From: Chloroflexota bacterium
GTDB lineage: Bacteria; Chloroflexota; Anaerolineae; UBA1429
DNA: 64,000 nucleotides
Assembly (NCBI GenBank): GCA_019873625.1
Contig: JAIOAW010000007.1
Coordinates: 13,596 to 77,595 of the forward strand
Direction of reading: 5' to 3'
The stretch's first letter is position 1, and each line of letters starts with the position of its first letter. The notes under the pieces were generated by a model. It was not told the DNA's origin. It saw only the letters and a program-made list of their open reading frames with translations, and did not search any database. The position numbers and the translations under genes were made by a program. Below, piece after piece: positions 1 through 9,584 of this stretch.

Positions 1-340
1 GGGCCTCACCCAGCCGGATATCCTGACGATCATCGTCGCCCCGTTGGAGGACCCCAATTACGAGGCCCTGCGGGATATCGCCCAGGTAACGGATATGCTC
101 AAATCGCCCTCCATCGGCCTCATCAGCGAGGCGGATGAGCGCGTCGCCGCGCAGGTGGATGACGTCTTTCGCCTGGATGAGACGGATCCGCACCTTTTTG
201 CCATTTTGGCCATCTTGCCGGGGCAACTTTTGCCCTATTGGGGGTCCGTGGCCCAAGGCTTCAACCCAGATTGCCAACGTTCCGATATCGCCCGCCACGC
301 CAAGGTGTGGAATTGGCTCTTCCCGCCGCACACGCACTAG
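1..340 (+). CDS. SIS-domain sugar-phosphate isomerase/deglycase (GlmS-like), 5' truncated by window edge
   Basis: Frame open from position 2; C-terminal ILPGQLLPY..SVAQGFNPD resembles the end of GlmS/SIS proteins; followed by a PfkB kinase. Confidence 0.6.
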   Translation, partial: GLTQPDILTIIVAPLEDPNYEALRDIAQVTDMLKSPSIGLISEADERVAAQVDDVFRLDETDPHLFAILAILPGQLLPYWGSVAQGFNPDCQRSDIARHAKVWNWLFPPHTH

Positions 341-355
341 GCCGAGGGGCTTGCC

Positions 356-1321
356 ATGGCATATGACGCCTCGGTGATCGGCCCGCTCAATATAGACCTG
401 CTCATCGTGGGCGAAGGCCCCCGCGACTGGGCTGACCTCCCCACGTGGGATGGCCCCGCGCAGATGGAGATGGTGGCGGCCGGTTCGGTGGGCTACCTGG
501 TGAGCGACCTGGCCAAACTCGGCCTGAGGGTGCGGGTCTCTTCTTGCGTGCCAGATGATGCCCTGGGCACCTTTATTGTAGACGCGCTCCAGCGCGAGGG
601 GGTGGATACGCGCGGCGTGCGCCTGGTGCCCGGAACGCTGTGCGGCATCGGCGCGTATGTGCTCCTCTTTGGGAGCCGCAAGCGCCCGCTCATCTACCGC
701 CTGCCCACCCACGAGCCGTGGCCCCAACACTATACGAAAGACGAAGAGGCGAGCCTATTGGAGGCTCGCCTCTTGCATAACGGCGGATATCTGCATTTTC
801 AAAACGCCTGGCACGGCGTAACGGTAGACCTCTTTCGCCAAGCGCACCAGCGCGGCCTGCTCACCTCGATGGATCCCCAATTCCCGCTTGCCCCGCTGGA
901 CCCGCCGTGGATCCGCGCGCTAGAGGACGTGTTGCCTTACGTCAGGCTCTTTTTCTGCGACGAGACGGAGGCGCGCCGCTTGACCAGCAAAGAGGACCTG
1001 GCGGCCTGCGCTCAGGTGCTCCTCGAGGCCGGGCCAGAGACGGTCGTCATCAAACAGGGGGCGGAGGGGGCGACCGTCTTCCAAGCGGGCAGGTGGCACC
1101 ATCAGCCGGCCATCCATTTGGGCGAGGTGGTGGATACCATCGGCGCGGGAGATGCCTTTGACGCCGGGTTTCTCTATGGCACGCTCCAGGGATGGCCCCT
1201 CGAAGAACGCGCCCTCTTTGCCGCCATCGCGGCGGGGTTCACGGTAACGGGTGTCGGCGGGAGCAAGACGTTCCCATCGTATGGCGAAATCCGGCGGGTT
1301 ATGGCGAGGTTCGATCGCTAG
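356..1321 (+). CDS. PfkB/ribokinase-family carbohydrate kinase
   Basis: DTIGAGDAFDAGF PfkB signature; VIKQGAEGA. Confidence 0.9.
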   Translation: MAYDASVIGPLNIDLLIVGEGPRDWADLPTWDGPAQMEMVAAGSVGYLVSDLAKLGLRVRVSSCVPDDALGTFIVDALQREGVDTRGVRLVPGTLCGIGAYVLLFGSRKRPLIYRLPTHEPWPQHYTKDEEASLLEARLLHNGGYLHFQNAWHGVTVDLFRQAHQRGLLTSMDPQFPLAPLDPPWIRALEDVLPYVRLFFCDETEARRLTSKEDLAACAQVLLEAGPETVVIKQGAEGATVFQAGRWHHQPAIHLGEVVDTIGAGDAFDAGFLYGTLQGWPLEERALFAAIAAGFTVTGVGGSKTFPSYGEIRRVMARFDR

Positions 1322-1344
1322 CCCATTTCGCCAGCCCCGCGCCC

Positions 1345-1794
1345 CTATGGCAAACACCGAATATCCGCATAGACGAACCCCGTCGAGCGGCGATCCTCCT
1401 GTTCGACGATCCAGCGTTCTAGGCCGATTTGGCGCATCCGCTGGCCATCCGCCAGGAGCATCACATACCTTTGGGCCAATGCTTCGATGCGTTGGCAGGG
1501 GTACTCTTCACAAAAGGGGCAGACCGTTACGCCCCTTTCTTTTGCGCAATCGCGAATGGCGCAGGAGGGCGGGCCACAGACCTCCTCGCGGCAACTGGAG
1601 TGCGCCTCGGCCTCTACAAGGTGGCCCAAGAACTGCCAGAACACCTCGAACCCGGGCAATTCCGGCCCCCAGAATTCCCAGCCCTCCCGCCGCATCGTCT
1701 CACGCAGGGCGGCGGCTTGTTTGGGGATGCGGTTGCACTGCGCGCACAGGCCACAATACAGCCCGCAATAGGTTACGAGCCTTATATCGGCCAT
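1345..1794 (-). CDS. DUF3795-like Cys-rich protein
   Basis: YCGLYCGLC, CAIRDCA, CPFCEEYPC cysteine pattern. Confidence 0.75.
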   Translation of the reverse strand: MADIRLVTYCGLYCGLCAQCNRIPKQAAALRETMRREGWEFWGPELPGFEVFWQFLGHLVEAEAHSSCREEVCGPPSCAIRDCAKERGVTVCPFCEEYPCQRIEALAQRYVMLLADGQRMRQIGLERWIVEQEDRRSTGFVYADIRCLP

Positions 1795-1821
1795 AGGATC
1801 TCCTCGTGCCCAACCGGGCCA

Positions 1822-2295
1822 CTATTTTGCGAGCGACGCGGCCCACTCCGCGGCGCGCTCCAATTCCCCCTCCAAGAGCGGCCCCTCGGAGCCTCGGACA
1901 AAGAACCCCTCCGGGCTGCCCACGAGCGTGCCGCCTTTCTTTTGCAGGCTCGCGGCGATGGGCTGGGCCGCATAGCCAAAGATCCGCGCCATAAAGCGCA
2001 AAATGCCAGGGACTGCTTTATCCATCACGGTGCGCGTGTCGAAGGCGGCCACCTTGACGCCATTCAGCGCCCCGGCGGGGATGGCGGCGAGGAAGGCCTT
2101 CGTCGCGGGGCAGGGCCGGAAGGCCCGCGTGGGCGACCCCACGATCAGGAGGTCAACGCCGGCGATGTGCTCCGGTTTGGCCTCCGCCGCCCGCAAGGTT
2201 TGCACCTCGCCCTGGGCCTTGAGCGCCTCGGCCACGGCCCGCGCCACCTTTTCTGTATTGCCGTAGAACGTCTCGTAAACGACCAACGTCTTCAT
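1822..2295 (-). CDS. Flavodoxin
   Basis: YETFYGNTE FMN loop, VGSPT, AAFDTR; AAGGAG RBS. Confidence 0.9.
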   Translation of the reverse strand: MKTLVVYETFYGNTEKVARAVAEALKAQGEVQTLRAAEAKPEHIAGVDLLIVGSPTRAFRPCPATKAFLAAIPAGALNGVKVAAFDTRTVMDKAVPGILRFMARIFGYAAQPIAASLQKKGGTLVGSPEGFFVRGSEGPLLEGELERAAEWAASLAK

Positions 2296-2369
2296 AGCGA
2301 TGTGCTCCTTTCGGCTCGCCTCTCAACACCCAACGCACAATACGCCCAGATAACCGAAATGTCAATAAG

Positions 2370-2399
2370 AAAAGGCCCGTTCCGTTGAGGAACGGGCCT
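2370..2399 (-). terminator. Rho-independent terminator of the tRNA pair
   Basis: AGGCCCGTTCC/GGAACGGGCCT stem followed by a T tract on the minus strand. Confidence 0.75.
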
Positions 2400-2402
2400 C
2401 GA

Positions 2403-2474
2403 TGGCGGCGACTAGATTTGAACTAGTGACCAAGGGCTTATGAGTCCCCTGCTCTGCCGCTGAGCTACGCCGCC
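2403..2474 (-). tRNA. tRNA-Met(CAT), probably elongator (Ile2 not excluded); CCA not encoded
   Basis: GGCGGCGTAGCTCAG...CTCATAA...GTTCAAATC...CGCCGCCA cloverleaf. Confidence 0.9.
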
Positions 2475-2482
2475 CAAAAAAG

Positions 2483-2554
2483 TAGCGGGGCCAGGATTCG
2501 AACCTGGGACCTTTGGGTTATGAGCCCAACGAGCTGCCACTGCTCCACCCCGCA
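2483..2554 (-). tRNA. Initiator tRNA-fMet(CAT); CCA not encoded
   Basis: 1:72 U-U mismatch, GGG/CCC in the anticodon stem around CTCATAA, GGTTCGAATCC T-arm. Confidence 0.93.
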
Positions 2555-2567
2555 TCGTGCGTCCTTT

Positions 2568-2596
2568 AGTATAGAAGGGAGGGCGCACTTTGTCAA
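2568..2596 (-). promoter_or_regulatory. sigma70 promoter of the tRNA operon
   Basis: TTGACA-17bp-TATACT just upstream of tRNA-fMet. Confidence 0.8.
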
Positions 2597-2655
2597 ATCA
2601 GCGGCTCCCTTTGATGAGAGCCTTTTGAGAAAGCTCCTCCTCCAGAAATGGTGTA

Positions 2656-4758
2656 TCATTGGGCAGGTAGGGATTCTACCCGCAGCGGCACAGCCAACTC
2701 GATGGCCCCACCCTCTGCTTGCTCGGGCGCTTCTGCGCGGGCCGGCACACGTTCCCCTGTTTGCAATGTGTACATCCCTACAAGAAAGCGATACTCGCCT
2801 GGCACAAGATCTGCCGGCAATTGGAGAACGTGGCGATCTCCTACAAGTTCACCCGCTTTCCATAGGCTCGTCGGATAGTACCCGCCCAGGGGCTGTTGAT
2901 CGTGTTGACTCAACAGGCGGCTTTGTTGATCTACCAAATGAACAAACACGGTGTAATCCGCTTCGGTTGGGTTGAGCGCTCTCCAGTAAAGGGTCAGGTA
3001 CACCTTTTCACCGGCATGGGCGGGTTGTGGGTAGAGTTCATAGCCTTCCAAGCGGGCAAGGTCGCCGACCTCAGCCTGTGCCCCATTCGCAAGCGGCACG
3101 GAATCGGTGAGGCGTAGAATGCACCAATTCGCCGGGATGCCCTCGTATGGTAGAACGAGCGCCCATTTTTCAGGAAGCCGTTCGATAATGACCCAAGGGT
3201 ATTCAGGCGTGAAGTATCCGGCGAAGGCCTCCGCTCGGCGGCTAACGACTTCCCAATCCAAGATGGCATAGACCAAGCGTTTCTCTCGCGCGTAAGCAGT
3301 GATATCTTCTAGATTTTGCACCTTGGAGGGAATATCTTTGAGGCTAAGGCGCCGTTCGTAGAGCCAATTGGGCAGGGTATAACTTGGCCCCCAAAGCACC
3401 TTCGTGCCGTAAGGAGTGCCTTCCTCCAACCATTCTAGAACGGCCTGCCCACGCGTATTGGCTTCCCGATCGATGGTTACAGGATGAGCGCGGATTTGGG
3501 GCCAAGCGCGGCCAGCGGAGACGCCCGCCCAGAGGGCCAACCCTGCACCTAAAGCCAAAGGCACCTTCGCTGTAAGATTCCTGAGCCTTTCCCTGCCCGC
3601 TATCCATTGACCCCCAATTGCTCCTAATGCGTCAAGGGTAAAGAGATAGATCATCGGGTGGAACAGGATGATAAATCTTGGCCCTACGTTGCTCGCTTGG
3701 ACGAACCACCCCAGCGGGATGAGCGAGAAGATAAGCATCCCCAGAAAGAGCCAAAAAGCGAGCGCCAAATGCCCCCACTGAGCACAGATCAGCCGGCGTT
3801 TTTGCCAAAAGAGCACCAACAGCCCTAACCAGAGGGCAATCCAGACCTTTTCTCCAACCGTTCCTCGGAAAGCATCCGGTGAAATGGGGCCTAATGCGTC
3901 AAAAAGGATGCGCGTAACCTCTCGCAACCCGAACCACAAGCGGTAGGCAATATCCGCCGCGGTATGTGTGCGGAGATAGGTCTGGAGCGTCGGCGCCTCG
4001 CTTAGGTCTGCAAAATGCCGTTGAGTTGGGCTATCAAGAAAGATCTCGTGCCGATAGTTATAATTGTACAAGGGGTTACCGTATTCTTTGATATTGAACA
4101 CAAAGAGAGGTGCCCAGGCAATAAGCCAAGTCAGGCCAAAGAGCCAAACCTCGCGGCGTTGCCATACCTTCCGCCGGTAAACCTTGAGGGCAACCAAGCC
4201 AAAAGCCGGCACGATTTGGAGCGCCGTCCCTTTGGTAAAGTAGGCTAGCCCCGCCATAATCCCCGCCAAAGAGATAAGGAAGAGTGCCTTGCGCTCCGAG
4301 GAGGCCAAGCCCTCGGTCATCAGATACCAACTAGCCAAGGTGAGGAGAATAAGGAGTGGTTCCGCCATCACGCGTGATGATACCTCGAGGAACGATGCAT
4401 TGAGGCTCAATAGGCCGGCTGTCAATAATCCCACTTTGGGGCCAAACCACCGCTTTCCCAAGAGGTATACCATCACGAGGCATAGCCCGCCCAAGAAAAG
4501 GTTCAGAAACTTGGCGCGTGTGTAATAGCGCCACTCACGTTCAGCAAAAAGTGAAAGAAGGGCGGGCAAAAGGGGATGGCGTTTGCCATCGGTCAGGTCG
4601 TGGCCGTCGCGCAGGTTCAACCCCAGCGTGAGATAGGATCGTTGGTCGAACGCGCTGGAGTTCGTGTTCTGTTCAACCGCGACGATCCCCCGAACCGTAT
4701 AACTCGCCAGAAGTAAAGTGAGAAGAAACCAATAAGCCCACGGCGTCTTGGATTTCAT
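2656..4758 (-). CDS. GT-C fold membrane glycosyltransferase (ArnT/PMT, GT39-like) with C-terminal extracytoplasmic beta domain
   Basis: DQxxY, KRHPL, MAEPL and YFTK motifs; many TM helices; C-terminal LTLYW..YTVFVHL..D..P...YPT..W..G domain. Confidence 0.75.
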   Translation of the reverse strand: MKSKTPWAYWFLLTLLLASYTVRGIVAVEQNTNSSAFDQRSYLTLGLNLRDGHDLTDGKRHPLLPALLSLFAEREWRYYTRAKFLNLFLGGLCLVMVYLLGKRWFGPKVGLLTAGLLSLNASFLEVSSRVMAEPLLILLTLASWYLMTEGLASSERKALFLISLAGIMAGLAYFTKGTALQIVPAFGLVALKVYRRKVWQRREVWLFGLTWLIAWAPLFVFNIKEYGNPLYNYNYRHEIFLDSPTQRHFADLSEAPTLQTYLRTHTAADIAYRLWFGLREVTRILFDALGPISPDAFRGTVGEKVWIALWLGLLVLFWQKRRLICAQWGHLALAFWLFLGMLIFSLIPLGWFVQASNVGPRFIILFHPMIYLFTLDALGAIGGQWIAGRERLRNLTAKVPLALGAGLALWAGVSAGRAWPQIRAHPVTIDREANTRGQAVLEWLEEGTPYGTKVLWGPSYTLPNWLYERRLSLKDIPSKVQNLEDITAYAREKRLVYAILDWEVVSRRAEAFAGYFTPEYPWVIIERLPEKWALVLPYEGIPANWCILRLTDSVPLANGAQAEVGDLARLEGYELYPQPAHAGEKVYLTLYWRALNPTEADYTVFVHLVDQQSRLLSQHDQQPLGGYYPTSLWKAGELVGDRHVLQLPADLVPGEYRFLVGMYTLQTGERVPARAEAPEQAEGGAIELAVPLRVESLPAQ

Positions 4759-6569
4759 AATCCCAGTCTCACGGGTTCACGGCGTTCGATGAGGGGCCCC
4801 TCAGCCCCGCGCTTGAGCACGAGGTACACCCGCCAGCGCGCATCATCGCGCGGGAGGGGCCTTAGGCTCCCCTCGGCAAAGCGGAGGTGCGGCCCTCGGC
4901 TTTCGTCGCGCTCCAAGGCCGCTCGCGCCACCAGATGAGCCACTTGGAGGATGTTCAAGGTTTCCACCGCATAGGAGAGGCCCTCACCCGAGGCGGGGGC
5001 CACGCCGGCCTTGCCCAGGGCTGCAAGGCGGTCGCAAAGGGCCTTCAAACCGGCCTCCGTGCGATACACGCCGCAAAAGGTGCTCATTTCCTCTTGCACG
5101 GGGCGCCGTATCGCCTCTGCCGCCGCGCCTTGGGCCGAAAAGAGGTTGGAGATCGCCCCGCGCGCCCAGGCGTCGGGCAACATCGGCGGCGAGCCGTGGC
5201 CGAGCGCCCAGGATACGGCCGCCTCTCCCGCTAGCCGGCCGAAGACCTGCCCATCGAGCAGGGCGTTCCCGCCAGGGCGATTGGCGCCGTGCTGGCCGCC
5301 GGCCACCTCGCCGGCGGCATATAGGCTGGGTATGGTGGCGTTGCCCCGTGTGCGGATCTTGACGCCGCCCTGAAAGTGCTGGACGGCCGGCGCGATTTCC
5401 AGGCATTCTCCGGCTTCCAAATCCACCCCGCGTTCCTTAAGCCAAAGGATGGAAGGCCGATTGATGGCCCGCAGGCGCGCCAAAGGCGTGGAGAGATCCA
5501 CATCTCCCCCTACGGCCAGCCCCTTCGTCTCCCGGTACCAGAGCGCGGCGCCCCCTGGCAGGGCCTCTACCCGCAGGCCCTGCGGATTGCGCGCATAATC
5601 GAGGTAGACGCGCCGCCCCGCGCGCCGCTCGCGATCTACGGCGAGGTCTATGATGTGCGAAGGGGCCTCCGCCGAGACGGGCCAACTGGCCCCTTTGGCA
5701 AACAGCGTAGCATAGACCTCCTCAAGGGGCGTGCCCGTTGGAAAATAGCGCGGCAGGAACTCCTCGCCCGCGTCGTTCACCAGGCGCGGCAGGGCGCGCA
5801 TCATACTCCCTGAACAGGCCAAGTGGGTCTTGACCGAGCAAAGGCCAATCTGGATAAACTCCAGGTTCACCAACTCGGCCCCAGCGCGGTAGGCCAGGGC
5901 CAAGCCATCGCCCGTGCAGTCGGCGGGGTAGACATTCTCCGCAAACACCTGGCCGGCCCCGCCCGTGGCGAGGATCACGGCGTTCGCGCCGATGGCCTCG
6001 ATGGCCCCCGAACCCTCATGAATGAGCGCTGCGCCGATGACCCGTTCGCCCTTGCGATCGAGCAACAGTTCGCCCACCATCGCGTGCTCGATGACCTCGA
6101 CGGGCAGTTGGCGCAGGCGCCGCAAGAGGGCTTGCTCGATGTGCTGGGCCGTGTGGGGGCCTGTGTAGCAGGCGCGGGCATAGCGGGAGCCATCCGTTAC
6201 GAATTGGTCTACCGCGCCGTTGGCCGTGCGCGCCCAGGGCACACCCAGCCGGTCGAGATAGTCAAAGGCCTCCGCCGCGCGCTGGGCTAGGATCGCGGCA
6301 AGGTCCGCATCCGAAACCTCACCCCCCAGGCGGTAGATATCCTCGGCGTGGTAGCGCCAGGCCTCCGGGCCGCCGGGTTCCGTGGTGGGCAACGTGGCAT
6401 GAAACGCCATCCGGTCGGAGCAGGCCGTAGCCGTCACGCCGCTCTGGCCCAATGCGCCCTTGGTAACCAGGAGGATGCGCGCCTGGGGGGCGGCCTCACA
6501 GGCGGCGATGGCCGCCCGCAGGGCCGCGCCCCCGCCGCCCACCACCAAGACGTCACACGTGCGGCTCAT
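4755..6569 (-). CDS. FAD-dependent oxidoreductase of the SdhA/FrdA/NadB family
   Basis: DVLVVGGGGAA, LATGGAG, HFQGG, AAGE, HGANRPGGN, ESRG; true start MSRT at 6569 overlaps the upstream stop. Confidence 0.85.
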   Translation of the reverse strand: MSRTCDVLVVGGGGAALRAAIAACEAAPQARILLVTKGALGQSGVTATACSDRMAFHATLPTTEPGGPEAWRYHAEDIYRLGGEVSDADLAAILAQRAAEAFDYLDRLGVPWARTANGAVDQFVTDGSRYARACYTGPHTAQHIEQALLRRLRQLPVEVIEHAMVGELLLDRKGERVIGAALIHEGSGAIEAIGANAVILATGGAGQVFAENVYPADCTGDGLALAYRAGAELVNLEFIQIGLCSVKTHLACSGSMMRALPRLVNDAGEEFLPRYFPTGTPLEEVYATLFAKGASWPVSAEAPSHIIDLAVDRERRAGRRVYLDYARNPQGLRVEALPGGAALWYRETKGLAVGGDVDLSTPLARLRAINRPSILWLKERGVDLEAGECLEIAPAVQHFQGGVKIRTRGNATIPSLYAAGEVAGGQHGANRPGGNALLDGQVFGRLAGEAAVSWALGHGSPPMLPDAWARGAISNLFSAQGAAAEAIRRPVQEEMSTFCGVYRTEAGLKALCDRLAALGKAGVAPASGEGLSYAVETLNILQVAHLVARAALERDESRGPHLRFAEGSLRPLPRDDARWRVYLVLKRGAEGPLIERREPVRLGL

Positions 6570-6940
6570 TCGACCACGCGTTCCACCGTGATGCGCGCGC
6601 CATCCGAAACCTTTTTGAAGACGGTGGCATCGCCCTCGACCTTCCCCCACACGTTGACGGGGCTGGCCGGGCGGATTTCGTTGCCCCGGCTCATCGGCGT
6701 GCGCCCGAAAAAGATGCACATAGCATGCCCGGGCGGCCAATAGCCCAAATCTCCCATCGAGACGACCTCTTGGGCGTTCTCCTCTTGGAGGCGGACCGGG
6801 ATGCCGAAATAGATTTCGTCTCCCCAGGTGTTGGCGCGCGCCGTGATGGGGAGCGCCTCCCAAATGGCGTCGGCCGTGCGGCTCTCGTTCAAGACGGCCG
6901 TCGCCGTAACGTCTCCCGCTGTGATGCGAATCCTGCGCAT
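6566..6940 (-). CDS. Cyclophilin-like fold protein (TM1367/DUF369-like)
   Basis: TWGDEIYF, GDLGYWPPG, CIFFGRTP; AGGAGG RBS. Confidence 0.85.
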   Translation of the reverse strand: MRRIRITAGDVTATAVLNESRTADAIWEALPITARANTWGDEIYFGIPVRLQEENAQEVVSMGDLGYWPPGHAMCIFFGRTPMSRGNEIRPASPVNVWGKVEGDATVFKKVSDGARITVERVVE

Positions 6941-7034
6941 AGGCCTCCTTTCGCACGAGTATTCCGTAACAACACCTAACCGACCCTGGCCTTTCGGCAG
7001 GGTTTCTTACATCGAACGGTTTTTGAGCCGGGAG

Positions 7035-7634
7035 TTAGGCCTCTTCAGCCACTTTGGCTCCGCAGTGATCGCAGAAGCGCGCCCCCGGCCGCAAGGCTTG
7101 GCCGCACTGCGGGCAGGTGATCTCCAGCCGGGCACCACAGTGATCACAAAACTTGGCGCCCTCTCGCACGGTATGGCCGCAAGAAGGGCAGGTCATTACC
7201 CCTTCTTGAGCGGGCGCCGCCTCAAACGGCAACGCTGCGCTGACCTTCCCGCCGCTCAGGATGTACTGGTTCACGAAATTGAACACCTGATCCGGCAGTT
7301 TTTTCTGCTGCCAGGCCCCGTAGGCCGCCGGGATGAGCGCCGGCCAAAAGAGAAGCACCCCCACCGCGCCAACCACCGCCTTATCTGCCCACGGAGCGGC
7401 ACCCGTTTGCACGGTGAGAAGATCATCCGTCTTTGTGAGGCTCACGTTGAGCGCAGCAGACATCCCCACGAACTGTCGCCAGCCCTCCGTTTTGCGCGCC
7501 TGGACGAGCACGCCGCCGCCCGGCGCGGACATCGCCTGGGCTTCAAACCCGCCGCGCTGAAACCATTCCACCAAGGCTTGGCCGAGTTGCCCGAGATCTA
7601 CCCCCGGCGCTTGATACACTCGCTGATCTGCCAT
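7035..7634 (-). CDS. Membrane-associated double zinc-ribbon protein
   Basis: CPSCG..FCDHCG and CPQCG..FCDHCG; central hydrophobic segment; AGGAGG RBS. Confidence 0.8.
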   Translation of the reverse strand: MADQRVYQAPGVDLGQLGQALVEWFQRGGFEAQAMSAPGGGVLVQARKTEGWRQFVGMSAALNVSLTKTDDLLTVQTGAAPWADKAVVGAVGVLLFWPALIPAAYGAWQQKKLPDQVFNFVNQYILSGGKVSAALPFEAAPAQEGVMTCPSCGHTVREGAKFCDHCGARLEITCPQCGQALRPGARFCDHCGAKVAEEA

Positions 7635-7801
7635 CTTGCCCTCCTTTCGGGCCTACACGCCTCGGTCGCACCGCGAAAGTAACCCACGACGCACACGCAT
7701 TCTATCTCACAAGGGGCAAACGTCCAACCCGCCGGAAGACCAGAGTTGTCAAAACCTGCGATCCTGCATATCCTCACGGCAACGACGTGCGAAAAGGTGT
7801 T

Positions 7802-8575
7802 ATGATGGAATTTACCCCTTATGAATATCGCGGCTTGGTGGCCCAAGCCTGGGATATCTTGCGCGGTGATACCTCTCACTGGGCGGACCGTTTTTTCTAC
7901 CTCGAAATCATCTGCCAATACGGCGAACCCGTTTTGGATATTGGTTGCGGCACGGGGCGGTTGCTTTTGGATTATCTTTCCCAGGGAGTCGCCATTGAGG
8001 GGGTGGATAATTCTCCAGAAATGCTCGCCCTTTGCCGCCAAAAGGCGGAGCATCTAGGCCTCGAGGTAACGCTCTATGAACAATATCTAGAGCGCCTGTC
8101 TCTGCCGCGGCGCTATCGGACGATCCTTATCCCCTCGAGTACTCTACAACTGCTGACCGATCCGCAAATGGCCCTGGAGGCACTACGGCGAGTGTATGCG
8201 CATCTCGCGCCGGGGGGCGCTGTGGCTGCCTCGATGATGACGCTGTGGCAGACTGGTGAGCCACTTTACTCTGAAGCCGAGCAAACGGCCGTCCGCCCAG
8301 AGGATGGCGCCCTCGTTCGGCGCGTCGCCAAAACCTGGTACGATCCCTCTAGCGAATGCGAAAGCACTGAAGACTTGTATCAAATCATCAGCGCCGACGG
8401 GCAAATTCTCGCCGAAGAATGTCACCGGCGTTCGCCTGCTACGCGTTCTTATACGCAAGACCAAGCGCGAGCGCTTTTCGCCCAAGCCGGGTTCAACCGC
8501 ATTAGCCTATACAGCCAATTCACCTTTTCGCCTGCTCAACCAGCAGACCGCCTTTTTACTGTGGTCGCCCAATAA
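7802..8575 (+). CDS. Class I SAM-dependent methyltransferase
   Basis: VLDIGCGTGR, GVDNSPEML. Confidence 0.88.
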   Translation: MMEFTPYEYRGLVAQAWDILRGDTSHWADRFFYLEIICQYGEPVLDIGCGTGRLLLDYLSQGVAIEGVDNSPEMLALCRQKAEHLGLEVTLYEQYLERLSLPRRYRTILIPSSTLQLLTDPQMALEALRRVYAHLAPGGAVAASMMTLWQTGEPLYSEAEQTAVRPEDGALVRRVAKTWYDPSSECESTEDLYQIISADGQILAEECHRRSPATRSYTQDQARALFAQAGFNRISLYSQFTFSPAQPADRLFTVVAQ

Positions 8576-8670
8576 ATGCCTGGCGCGTACCTCGTTTGCA
8601 TTTTCGCCTGGGCCGTGGCATATTTGTAACCAGGTCGAGAATGGCACGTGATCCAAGCCGGGCGAGGAGC

Positions 8671-9579
8671 ATGAAACCGAGGCAAATAGCGGCGTTAGGG
8701 GTTGCTCTGATTTTCCTCTCGGCCCTCTTTTTGGCAGGGTGTGGCCGCCACCCATCCCCTTCTTCCGAAGTGGCCGCCCAAGCCCCTGTCAGGACGATCG
8801 AAAATAAAGGCTCCGATACCCTTGTCAACCTCGCCTTGGCCTGGGTGGAGGCCTACACCGCCCTTCACCCGGAGGTACGCATTTCGGTAACGGGCGGCGG
8901 CACCGGCACGGGCATCGCCGCGATGATCAACGGCACGGTGGATATCGCCAACGCCTCCCGTGAGATGAAGCCCGAAGAGATCGCCGCGGCCAAGGCGAAC
9001 GGCATCACGCCCGTGGAGTTCGTCGTCGCTTGGGATGCCATCGCCATCGTGGTGCACCCCGCGAACCCCGTGAACGGCTTGACCCTTCAGCAACTCTCCG
9101 ATATCTACACGGGCAAAATCACGAATTGGCGTGAGGTGGGCGGGGAAGATCGGCCCATCGTGCTCCTCTCGCGCGAGTCGAACTCGGGCACGTATATGTA
9201 CTTTTTGGAACACGTGGTGCGCCTGGGCCAAAAGAACGACCTCCTCTTTTCGCCCGATACGCTCCTGATGCCCTCGTCGGAGGGCATCAGCGCCGAAGTG
9301 CGCCAAAACCGCAACGCCATCGGCTATGATGGGTTGGGCTATGTAACGCCCGATATGAAAGTGCTCGCCATCGCGCGCGATGAAAACAGCCCATACGTCC
9401 TCCCTTCCATCGAGACGGTGAACGATGGCTCCTACCCCATCTCGCGGCCGCTCTATATGTACACCCCTGGCGAGCCGACGGGGCAGGTCAAAGAGTACAT
9501 CGAATGGGTCCTGACGGATGGCCAGGCCTTGGTGGCCGAGTTGGGGTTCGTGCCCCTCAAGAACGCAGGGGGTCGGTGA
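8671..9579 (+). CDS. pstS: Phosphate ABC transporter substrate-binding lipoprotein
   Basis: Lipobox LAGC, GSDT, RESNSGT, YPISRPLY. Confidence 0.93.
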   Translation: MKPRQIAALGVALIFLSALFLAGCGRHPSPSSEVAAQAPVRTIENKGSDTLVNLALAWVEAYTALHPEVRISVTGGGTGTGIAAMINGTVDIANASREMKPEEIAAAKANGITPVEFVVAWDAIAIVVHPANPVNGLTLQQLSDIYTGKITNWREVGGEDRPIVLLSRESNSGTYMYFLEHVVRLGQKNDLLFSPDTLLMPSSEGISAEVRQNRNAIGYDGLGYVTPDMKVLAIARDENSPYVLPSIETVNDGSYPISRPLYMYTPGEPTGQVKEYIEWVLTDGQALVAELGFVPLKNAGGR

Positions 9580-9584
9580 GGCCT

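Noticed and set aside
2403..2554. tRNAs as prophage or island attachment sites
   Set aside because: No integrase and no duplicated tRNA 3' end seen in the window; the same holds for tRNA-Arg
4755..6956. 733-aa ORF as one fused protein
   Set aside because: The N-terminal extension is an alternate frame of the cyclophilin-like gene (6566-6940); the flavoprotein starts at 6569
6975..7010. GAAA-tetraloop hairpin (AAACCCTGCCGAAAGGCCAGGG, minus strand) as a c-di-GMP-I riboswitch
   Set aside because: Lacks the GGCAAA and GACGCAAA elements and the P3 receptor; more likely a simple intergenic hairpin
8576..8670. Pho box upstream of pstS
   Set aside because: No convincing 11-bp-spaced direct repeat visible; only a plain TTGCAT-17-CATATT promoter-like sequence
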